Positions 11,500-20,234 of a DNA stretch of 43,672 bases are shown piece after piece (within the stretch, counting starts at the first letter, position 1; each line of letters opens with the position of its first letter). The stretch covers positions 1 through 43,672 of the forward strand of contig NIVC01004508.1 of NCBI GenBank assembly GCA_002269645.1. Reading direction: 5' to 3'. The position numbers and the translations under genes were made by a program. Origin of the DNA: Macrostomum lignano (taxonomy: Eukaryota). The notes beneath the pieces were generated by a model. It made no database searches. It was not told the DNA's origin and saw nothing but the letters and a program-made list of their open reading frames with translations.

Positions 11500-13509
11500 C
11501 CAAATAAGCAGTAGAGGAAAAACATAACCAAACGATGTACTACCACAAACTGCGCCACGAATAAAATGTGCAGCATCCGATCCTCCAGTTCGAGCACCAA
11601 AACCCATAAGGTTCCACTTTATCTAAAGTTCCCCAAGTTCCACTATCATATGTGAAAACGTTCTGCCAATGAGGGTAAAGAATCACCAGCAACATTGTAT
11701 GTATGAATCTATACCAAACCCTTTGATTTAAAATATTAATTTCAAACAGATGCCAATCACCGTTATCAATATTTGCATAGGCTACAGTTTGATCCGCGTC
11801 AGTATTAACATCGCGCGGCTTGATCCGTCTGATTTTTTTGAACTCCAAAGTAGGCCAAATTTATCATGCCACTCACTAGCAAAAACTATCAATCCGGCGT
11901 CGGTTGATAATCCAGATCCAAATTCCGATGTTGGACGTTGGTGACAGTATGCATAAAACCAAACCGCATCTGCACCATCTCCTGTAGCATTAGCAACTCG
12001 GAAAAAGAAAGACGCAGATATATTTTGAAAATGTGTGAAATTGAATTGTAAAGCACCACTTACTCCAGAAGTTTCACGAGTAATTCTAGCGCCGTTTTGA
12101 TAATCGATATAAGAAGCGTCACCAATTAAAGAACCGACTGGATATATATCTCCGGCGGTTGTTGGATTTTGATATCCAGACCAATTGCAAATTACTGGTT
12201 CGAACAAGGCCGCATCAATAGCAGGTATTCCATCCAATTTATTTTTATCGCTTCCAGACATTCTACCATTTGATGTTGGAGTAGCTAGCTGATCTACGTA
12301 CGCTCGCGGAACTGCAGAAAGTATTTGAGTTGGCCAATTAAGATCTTGAATTTCAACACGGTGTTCAAATAATTGTATTTGACGAACCTCGATAGGTTGT
12401 GTACCGGTACCACCAGTTGGGAAGAATACGCTATAATATTTCCAAAAATTAGTCGTTAAATTAGATAGAGCAAATGATGTTGCTTGAACTGGTGATCCCG
12501 ACGTAGTTAATGTCGTCCATGAATCGGTAGCAACATTTTTTGCGCGAACCGACCACCCCGAGGGTATCTCAATTGTTTCACTGCCTGTAATTCTTAATTC
12601 AAATATTCTTCTATTATAACCTAAAAATTCAAATTGAATTTCCATATTGGTTGTGGTTCCGGTATTTGGTGACCATTGTGTCGCAAGGCTTCCATCTCCA
12701 ACTCGAAAAGCTGTGTTGCCATTTTCAGATGCTGTAAGAACAACATCAGGATTTGAAGTATTTGATGTAAGCGGCGTGGTAAAAATATCGGCGTCGGTTG
12801 CATTAGCTCGCTCGTTTACTTGGCCTAGAGTTATCGAGTCTGCGTTATCTGTTCCAAATAATAAATTTGTTAATTTAAAATTATTCATATTAATATTACC
12901 ACTACGAGTGGCAACTTGATTATCGACATAGTTCTTATCAACCACTGAATCACTAGTTGTAATTGAAACATTTATAATTCGGTTGTTGCTCATATCTAGG
13001 TTTCCGGTTGCGGTGGTTTGAACATAACGTGAATCAGAATCAGTTCGAGAATAAGAATCAGTTACATCTCTTTTTAAATTTAATCCATTATCAACTTCGG
13101 TTTTGGTATAAGAATCGGCTACGTTCCGTTTCAAATTTAATGAATTATCAACTTCGGTTTTGGTATAAGAATCGTTATATCTTTTTAAATTTAATGAATT
13201 ATCAACCTCTGTTTTGGTATAAGAATCGGCTGTATTGCGTTTTAAATTTAATGAATTATCAACTTCGGTTTTGGTATAGGAATCGGCTACGTTCCGTTTC
13301 AGATTTAGTGAATCATCTATTTGAGTTTTGGTATAGGAATCTGCAACATTTCTTTTTAAATTTAATTTATTATCAATTTCAGTTTTTTTATAACCTTCAT
13401 CCTCATTAATATATCGATTATCTCCAAATGTAACACTTATTCCACCAGATGTGCCACCACCACCACTACTTGTTGTTCCGTTCCATGAGGGTGTTCCAGA
13501 AAATAACAT
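11500..13509 (-). CDS. Fibre/receptor-binding protein: 19-aa shaft repeats, discoidin (F5/8C)-like domain and L-type lectin-like head; 3' part frameshifted
   Basis: About six YTKTEVDNSLNLKRNVADS repeats; VVDKNYVD and VPRAYVD tail-fibre-like motifs; WSP...IQFEF...WTTL...YYSVFF...IQLFE discoidin-like pattern; GDGADAVWFY and FGARTGGSDAAHFIR lectin-like motifs spread over ORFs 11782-13509, 11540-11848 and 11161-11607. 3' end is approximate. Confidence 0.75.
13035..13392 (-). repeat. 57-bp coding tandem repeat in the fibre shaft (~6 units, one of 54 bp)
   Basis: TCAACTTCGGTTTTGGTATAAGAATC... recurs with ~57-bp period. Confidence 0.9.
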
Positions 13510-13519
13510 TTTTTACTGT

Positions 13520-13960
13520 CTATTTTATAGAGTCTAAAATCGCCCTAAAGTCTTCGGGGTTTACACGAGCTTCATTCGAAAGTCGATATAAAAAATACAA
13601 CGCCGCTTGCCCGCAATAACTTTTATCAAAGGTTTGAAATTGTTCGTGATGATCTCCACATAAACGATTTTTAGTATGATTAAATTTGTCTTTTATTTCC
13701 TGTAACGGAGGAAGCGCGTATGAATCAAAAAAATAAACAAGTTTAGGTTTGGAATAAACTGCCGACCAATGAACACCATTTTCTTTTGTTGTTTCAATAT
13801 TAACAATGAAAGATCCATATTGTGGTAAGTCTTTGATCTCATCTCGCATAACACATCTGAATGGTTTTATTTTTAACTGCCTCGCCCAATTTGTTAATTC
13901 GATATTGCTTGTTGTGTCCGTTCCATATCTTTGTTTAAAATCATCCCACGTCATGGTCAT
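13520..13960 (-). CDS. Adenain-like cysteine (maturation) protease
   Basis: Catalytic pattern GVHWSAV (H), YFFDSY (D), QFQ...SYCGQ (Q/C); intact 146 aa. Confidence 0.93.
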   Translation of the reverse strand: MTMTWDDFKQRYGTDTTSNIELTNWARQLKIKPFRCVMRDEIKDLPQYGSFIVNIETTKENGVHWSAVYSKPKLVYFFDSYALPPLQEIKDKFNHTKNRLCGDHHEQFQTFDKSYCGQAALYFLYRLSNEARVNPEDFRAILDSIK

Positions 13961-13961
13961 T

Positions 13962-14144
13962 TTATGTTCCTGAAAAACTCTTGGTTTTAGTTAGTTTCGT
14001 AGGTGTGGGTTTTAACAATTCCTTTCTTATTTTATCAGCTTGTAACTGCCTTAATTTTGCTAGTTCTAGTTCGTAATTATCTTCAGCTTTTTTAACTTTT
14101 TCTGATTGTTTTTTTATTAAATTATTATTATTATTATTACCCAT
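13962..14144 (-). CDS. Small basic protein (60 aa), MG N-terminus
   Basis: Intact ORF with GTAAAAATG start, tightly packed between penton and protease. Confidence 0.55.
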   Translation of the reverse strand: MGNNNNNNLIKKQSEKVKKAEDNYELELAKLRQLQADKIRKELLKPTPTKLTKTKSFSGT

Positions 14145-14157
14145 TTTTACTATAGGA

Positions 14158-14940
14158 TTAAACCTGTTTTATACGTAAAATTATTGTTATTGACTGCCCA
14201 CCAAAACTTATTAATCTATCGCTTTCATCTACAATCCTAATATAAATTGATTGAACATATATTGATTTAATGGGTAATATATTGGGGTTTGGGTGCAACA
14301 ATCATTTTCTCTCCAATTGGAACAGCAAGAAATGGGATTGAATAAATAATTCCACGTTGAACCAAAACTCCATTATTATCTGTTATATAACCGCCGTTTG
14401 ATATGTCGGTTGTTATATTAATTGTATTACTCCGCCCTCAATGTTTCCCACTGTATCACCGGTGCTTGATGTGGTAACTATTCGGGAATTAAATCCAAGT
14501 ATGGTTCTGAGTGAATTTGCAATTGTGAAATCAACCTGATATCCGGATCCTAGTGATAGTGTGAATCTGCCAGACGGTAAATCAACACCTATAACAATTG
14601 CTCCTGCTACCCAATCACCATTAGTTGTTAATTCTCCTTCTATATAAGCATTCAAATCAGTATAGCTATACGCTCCTGGGTTAACGCTAAATGTTGTCCA
14701 ATTGGCTCCGGAATCTTTAGAATATCTAAATTGATTATTTGTTGCATTAATTAATTGAGGCATGTTGAAAACCGAAAATAGAATTAAACCTATTTGATAA
14801 CTTAGGCTTTGATCAAGTTGTAATGGATCGCGCAATTGAATCCGTTGCTCGCTGGTTGTCATTATAAACTGTAATGTTGTACTAAATTTTGAATTAGTTC
14901 GATCTACCAATTGTTTTATAGTATCTAAATTTGTAGTCAT
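14158..14940 (-). CDS. Minor capsid protein (penton, single jelly roll); frameshifted after ~14420
   Basis: LRDPLQLD...IGLILFSVFN...INATNNQFRY...PGAYSYTDLN...SLRTILGF. The shifted tail reads NITTDISNGGY...IIYSIPF...IYIRIVDESDRLISFGGQSITIILRIK and stops at 14158-14160. Confidence 0.88.
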
Positions 14941-14991
14941 TTTTATAGTGGGGAAATCGAACCTTTGGTTCGCGGACTCCGTCCGATCGTG

Positions 14992-15786
14992 CTATGTCTC
15001 TTCTTCCTCATTATCTTCTTTTATCAAATTTGTTAAAATTCTATGTTTCCTTTCTAACCTCGGATTGATATAAATATGTTTGTATTGGCTATCATCCCAA
15101 ATTTTTTTACACATACTTTTAAATGGTTTTGCATCCAATCCGGGATTAAATCTAGCGTGAATATTTTGTAAATCATAATTATCTAAATCAAACATTACAC
15201 AACAGCTAGCATTCTTTTTTATAATCGATTCTAATTCTCTAAAGGATTGAGTAAGATAAAAAGCTCCAATTCCATCTCCTCTACCACTAACAAAAATTTC
15301 CTTTTGCAATTCTTGATCACCGTCATTAATACAATCATCAAAAATAATTAGTGTTTTATCATGTTTTGGAATTTGATCATAGGCTAATCGGGTTGATACT
15401 CTAACAGTTGGGGCGCGATCGGACGAAGTCCGCGACCCTTCGGGGCGATCGGTGATGTTTTCTGGCTGTTGTGCCATTGTTTTACATAAATCCTCAATGT
15501 CTGCTAGATTAAATCGCGGTTCGTCATCATCCTCATATTGCTCATATGCTCTTAACATTCTAAACAAGACATCTTTTTTTAATTTGTTTTTTAATCCATG
15601 TTTAAGAAATTCATAATATTTTATTCTAGGTTTATTAGTATAAATTATTAAATTATTATAGTCTAACATTCCATCTGTTGTTAATAAATCGTAAACAAAG
15701 TGTGTTTTTCCTTTACCTGATCCTCCGATTACTAAACAAAGAAAAGGATCATTTGGAAATATTTTATTGTGTTTTGCCTTTACCAT
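14992..15786 (-). CDS. A32/FtsK-like DNA packaging ATPase
   Basis: Walker A GGSGKGKT, Walker B LIIFDD, motif YLTQSF; intact 264 aa. Confidence 0.95.
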   Translation of the reverse strand: MVKAKHNKIFPNDPFLCLVIGGSGKGKTHFVYDLLTTDGMLDYNNLIIYTNKPRIKYYEFLKHGLKNKLKKDVLFRMLRAYEQYEDDDEPRFNLADIEDLCKTMAQQPENITDRPEGSRTSSDRAPTVRVSTRLAYDQIPKHDKTLIIFDDCINDGDQELQKEIFVSGRGDGIGAFYLTQSFRELESIIKKNASCCVMFDLDNYDLQNIHARFNPGLDAKPFKSMCKKIWDDSQYKHIYINPRLERKHRILTNLIKEDNEEEET

Positions 15787-15896
15787 TTTTAAAGAAATAA
15801 TTTAAATAGGCGCGACGGTCGGAGACCTGCACTCATTTTACAATGGCGCGTCCCGAACAATCGTGCCATCAGCTTTAGCAATTGACATATATTCCT

Positions 15897-17310
15897 CTAG
15901 AAACAATACGTGGCGTCAAGTGCCTGATTACCGGTTTTATTAATCTCTAACATATAATTAAGTCCAATATTGGCTACGTTTTCTTTCTGTGCCGTTAGAT
16001 CATAAACAACCACTGGATGAATGTTTAGAAACTCTGTGGGTGTGTACTGAGGGACGGCATACGCTTCATTTTTAGCATAATCTTGATAATATTTTATAAA
16101 ATCATTAACATTATTATTTGCTATATTTAAATTTAGGGGGTCTTTAACCGGATAATATTGATCATCAACCTGCAGGCGGATATTCTGAACATTAAACTCG
16201 TTAATAGCTGCAGCCGCATTGTCTGTTGCGGTGGCTGCTTGTTCTGCTATGGCACCGGATTGAAGCCAATATAAATCCCCATTTGCTCTTTTACTCCTTC
16301 TATTTGTTATCTTAAACCAAACAAAAATATATCTCACCCGACGTTTTGATGTCAGTATTTGCCACTGGAATGAATCCTGGTTATTATTAATGGTTCGCAT
16401 AAAATGTCGACGATTCAAATAAAATATTTCCTGATCATGCGTTAACTGATTATCGATGTGTTTTAAAAGTGGGGCTGTTACCTCAATAGTTGGTACGACT
16501 AATTGAATTGAATCTATACGAACTGCTATATCGGTTGAAATTGAGGTTCCATAAAGTATCCTAGGCTGATATCCACCAGATATTTGCAACTGTATCCCAA
16601 ATTTTAATCCTTTCCATACCCGATTTGGTGAAAAGAACCCAAATAGTGGAAAGATTGAAAAGTCTTTGCTCATATGCTGTTGCTGTGGTTAAAACCGCTA
16701 CTGGGAATTTATTCTGACGAGCTATAAAACCTGTATTAATATCTTTTGTATTAGTCATGGTGGTTACAACTGGAACTATGTTTGTATTAAGGTAAACAAT
16801 TAGCGCTGCAGTATCTGCACCGGCTGCGTTTTGTACATTAGGGAAAACTACTGCTTGTCCATTACCCCTTATCAGGCATCCACCCAACATTATCACCAAC
16901 TTGTTTTGATAAATAAGTATAATTTAAATGTTTCAAAACTCCATTAATCTCTGCGGGGTTTGATGATGTCTCAACCTCAGCACCATTAACAGTTAGTTGA
17001 GCTTGGGAAAAACATTTATAAAACCAATCATTTTCTATTATTATTCCGGATCGATCTGCGATATCTCCGGCTGCAAGAGCAGTTCCATCATTTCTAGTAT
17101 ACAACCATCTAACGCGGAAAAACGCATTTTTCATATCCAATATAGTGTTGGTTGCGCCGATGTCAAAAGTTACCGTTCCAGTAGTAAAGTTATTTGAATT
17201 ATCACTTGTTGGTAGGGTATAATTTAAATCTTTGCTCTGACCTCATTAATATACTGTCGGTGCTTTTTGAAATGAAATTTATCACTCCACATAGTTTTTG
17301 TTTCAGCCAT
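15897..17310 (-). CDS. Major capsid protein (double jelly roll), ~470 aa, 3 frameshifts
   Basis: ATG 17310 (TTAAAAAAATG). Fragments LDMKNAFFRV...CFSQAQLTVNGAEVE, IDSIQLVVPTI, RVRYIFVWFK, VQNIRLQVDDQYYP and VVVYDLTAQ follow the Polinton MCP pattern. ORFs 16862-17140, 16561-16899 and 15897-16673 overlap in series. Confidence 0.9.
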
Positions 17311-17344
17311 TTTTTTAAGTTAAAAAAGTTTTTTATGTTAAAAA

Positions 17345-18010
17345 ATGAGTCAATTTATGGACGTTGATGGAGAGTTAGCGATTTATAAAGAGAAGCAAAG
17401 ATATTCTGATTTTGTTAGAAATTTACAAAAAAGAAAGTTAGGAATACAATTAGCGGGTGAAAGATTTGCTGCTCCTTTTGTTAATCCTATTACTGGGAAA
17501 ATTAGTGAACTAGAAAAAACAGATAAAGATCTTCTGGAAAAAATTGCTACGAATACTGAGCCAAAAGAGGATGAAATTTTGGATGAGCCGCCTGCTTATG
17601 ATGTTGATCAAGCACAATTGAGAATTGCAGAGATTAGACGTGCAGAGCGGGGCGATCGGGAACAATATCCAAGAGTACCAGCTAGTATTGCTGCGACAGA
17701 TTTAGGTAATAATAATTATCGAATTGGTGGAGTTGATAAAAATCGAAATGAACTATATAGAGAATTGGGTGGAGCATATAATATTGTTATGAACCCTAGG
17801 GTAAAATTTAACCCTGATTTATATACTAGGGATGAATTAATAAGTGCTAGAATTTTTTATGATGAGTTAGGAGGAGCTGTTAAAAATACCAGCTTGTATA
17901 AAAGGATTGTTAATTCTATAAATAACAAACTAGCTGTTGGTGATGGATTTAAAACACCACGAAAACTTGTTTTAGCTGCTGCGAAAGCTGCTGGACATAC
18001 TGGTGTTTAA
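17345..18010 (+). CDS. Polinton hypothetical protein (221 aa)
   Basis: Intact ORF with TAAAAAATG start, divergent from MCP; C-terminal VGDGF G-x-G motif. Confidence 0.75.
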   Translation: MSQFMDVDGELAIYKEKQRYSDFVRNLQKRKLGIQLAGERFAAPFVNPITGKISELEKTDKDLLEKIATNTEPKEDEILDEPPAYDVDQAQLRIAEIRRAERGDREQYPRVPASIAATDLGNNNYRIGGVDKNRNELYRELGGAYNIVMNPRVKFNPDLYTRDELISARIFYDELGGAVKNTSLYKRIVNSINNKLAVGDGFKTPRKLVLAAAKAAGHTGV

Positions 18011-18037
18011 TTAATTGTTAAATTTATTTTTTATAAA

Positions 18038-18640
18038 ATGGAAACTAATAAGATTTGTACTAAGTGTAAACAAGAAAAACCGATGACAAAAGAATTTTAT
18101 TTTTGGAGAAATGATTCAAAAAAATTTAGAAATGATTGTCGATCTTGTCATAATACCTCATCTGCTATTTGGATAAAAAACAATAAAGATAAATGGAATG
18201 AATATAGAAAAAATAAGTATCACACTGATGATAATTACAAACATATTGTTTTAATTAGAAATAGAATAAATTGGGCGTTGAAAAATTTTAATGACAAGGA
18301 CTATATCTCATATCTTGGTTGCACAAAAGAATTCTTTTTTGATTGGTTAAATTTCACAAGAAATTATTATGTATCAAAAGATTATACTGGAAAGTTAGAT
18401 ATTGATCATTTCATTCCCGCTTCTTCGTTTAGTTACAAAGATGAAGATCAGATGAAAAAGTCTGAAAATTGGAGAAATAAAAGATACTTAACTAGCGTAG
18501 ATAATAACTATAAAAAAGTTAAACAACCAACCATTGAAGAGTTTGCAAAACAATTGGTGCTATCATGTATTTTTAAGGCTATTAAAAATGAGCAACCGAA
18601 CGAAGTTCGCGTTCCTTCGGAACGATCAAATAGTGTTTGA
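18038..18640 (+). CDS. Free-standing HNH/endonuclease VII-like (beta-beta-alpha-Me) endonuclease (200 aa)
   Basis: N-terminal CTKC...CRSC Zn finger; YLGC...FFDWL; DIDHFIP...NWRN...DNNYKK, resembling HNH-type endonucleases of large DNA viruses and phages. Confidence 0.8.
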   Translation: METNKICTKCKQEKPMTKEFYFWRNDSKKFRNDCRSCHNTSSAIWIKNNKDKWNEYRKNKYHTDDNYKHIVLIRNRINWALKNFNDKDYISYLGCTKEFFFDWLNFTRNYYVSKDYTGKLDIDHFIPASSFSYKDEDQMKKSENWRNKRYLTSVDNNYKKVKQPTIEEFAKQLVLSCIFKAIKNEQPNEVRVPSERSNSV

Positions 18641-20224
18641 AGGAGGATTGTTAGATGTTCAAAAAGGATTAACAAGCTTACCACCAATCTTTACTACTGG
18701 AAGGTATACAAATGAATTACACATCCCATCTTACAACTTCGCGGGTGGAGCTCGAGCTGTGCCCGAGTGGTAGATGCAAAGCTACTGCTAGTCACTATTA
18801 GTGGCAACACCAGCCGCTCACTCAATCCCCTAAAGCTTCAAGTACCACTTTGTTTTCGAAAGATTACAAAGGAACAGAGGTAACTCCTCTTCCCAACGGT
18901 AACAAGCTTGAAGATAAATATATGGGCAAGAGTGAATCGAAAACCTAACCTCATATGACTTGAGTATGGTTGAGATGCAACGACTGTACGCTGGTGGGCT
19001 TGAAGGACTTAGTCAATCCTTATGATAGCTTAAGACACAGTCTACTCCTTTGTGAAAGCAAAGGTATAAAGGCCGGGTTGACTCGACTCGATCTCCGATT
19101 AAATCCTGATAATACTCCAAAAGCCGATTCAATTCCCATTAACGGTATTGATTGGTTAGCATACTATCATGACTTAGCATACAGAGATGCTGATAAGAAC
19201 TCACCCGAGGAAGCATTAAGATTAAAACATGAAGCCGATCAAAAAATGATTCAAGGATTAGATAACTTGCAGGGATTATCAGTAGGTCAGAGATTAACTA
19301 GGTGGATGGTTAAAAAGATTTTGCAGTCTAAAGTTAAATTTGGTTTGGGAATTAATTATAATCAACATGGAAATAATTGTGTTGAGTGTTTGTTGTTAAG
19401 TGGCGGTGGGTTAAGTTCTGATGAGGCAAAGATTCTTCATAAAGAATATCGAAAACCTAAATTTTATAGAAAAATCATGAACTTCAAAAAGAACGAAATT
19501 TGGTATGCTGATTTAATGTCTATGCCGATCGATAAAGGATATAAATATATTTTAACCATATTAGATGGTTTTACTCGATACGCGTGGGCTGTTCCTTTGA
19601 AATCCAAAAAAGGAGAGGATGTTGCTGCTGCTTTTAGAAGTCTTGGAGAAAAAAGCGAAAGATTGTGTGTTGACGAAGGAAAAGAATTTTACAATCCTCA
19701 TATGTATAAATTATATCATTTTGAAAAAGGACAAGAAAGGAAAAAGGACGCGAATGGGGAGTATATTAATAAAATTTATTCTATTTATGGAGAGAGTAAA
19801 AACGCATTAATAGAAAGATTTAATCGAACTTTAGGTAAGAAATTGTGGTTTCAGTTTAGTCTTAATGGAAACCAAAAATGGGTAAAAATATTACCAGACG
19901 TTGTAAAAGATTATAACAATTCATATCATTCGGCCATAAAGATGGCTCCTCAACAAGCTTATAACAATCCTGAAAACGTTAGGGTTACTTTTGGAGATTT
20001 TGAAAAAAAAGAAAACTAAAGGTTTTAAGGTTGGTGATTCTGTTTATATCTATAAATGGAAAGATAAGTTTGAAAAGGGAAGAAAAGGATATTGGAAAAT
20101 AAGTGAGAAATTTACCATCAGTAAAGTTTTAAATACAAACCCTACAACCTATATAATTGCTGATAAGGATGGTGAAGAAATATTGGGTTCTTTTTATGAG
20201 AACCAGATAATGTCTGCGAACTAA
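18588..20224 (+). CDS. PLA2-integrase fusion (exon 1 18588-18746, exon 2 19081-20224; one indel in the A-run near 20005); ~430 aa after splicing
   Basis: TAAAAATG start. LHIPSYNFAG|TRLDLRL...INGIDWLAYYHDLAY...EADQKM is a parvovirus VP1u-type PLA2. IWYADL...ILDGFTRYAWAVPLK...VDEGKEF...IERFNRTL is an rve DDE core. C-terminal FKVGDSV...GSFYENQI. Confidence 0.93.
18747..19080 (+). ncRNA. Group I self-splicing intron (IC-type with P5abc), 334 nt, no internal ORF
   Basis: P1 exon CGGGU/IGS GCCCG with U.G; perfect 7-bp P3; 6-bp P4; P5abc with A-rich bulge and GAAA L5b; P6 with 11-nt receptor-like motif; P7 GACUG/CAGUC with bulged C; J8/7 UAAGACA; P9 GAAA hairpin; terminal G. Removal restores the PLA2-integrase frame. 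Confidence 0.93.
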
Positions 20225-20234
20225 GTTCAAACAG

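Noticed and set aside
13035-13392. Regularly spaced repeats resembling a CRISPR array
   Set aside because: No unique spacers; they are in-frame coding repeats of the fibre, in eukaryotic context with no cas genes.
18757-18775. tRNA A-box-like GTGCCCGAGTGGTAG suggesting a SINE insertion
   Set aside because: No B box, tail or TSD; these bases form the IGS and P2 of the intron.
18745-19071. Reading the PLA2 insert as a spliceosomal GT-AG intron (GT 18745, AG 19070-71)
   Set aside because: The join is out of frame, there is no polypyrimidine tract, and the group I fold explains the whole insert.
18970-19080. Track ORF N-terminus MRCNDCTLVGLKD... as part of the integrase
   Set aside because: It is intron sequence (P6-P9) read through from a TTG; the true start is ATG 18588 via splicing.
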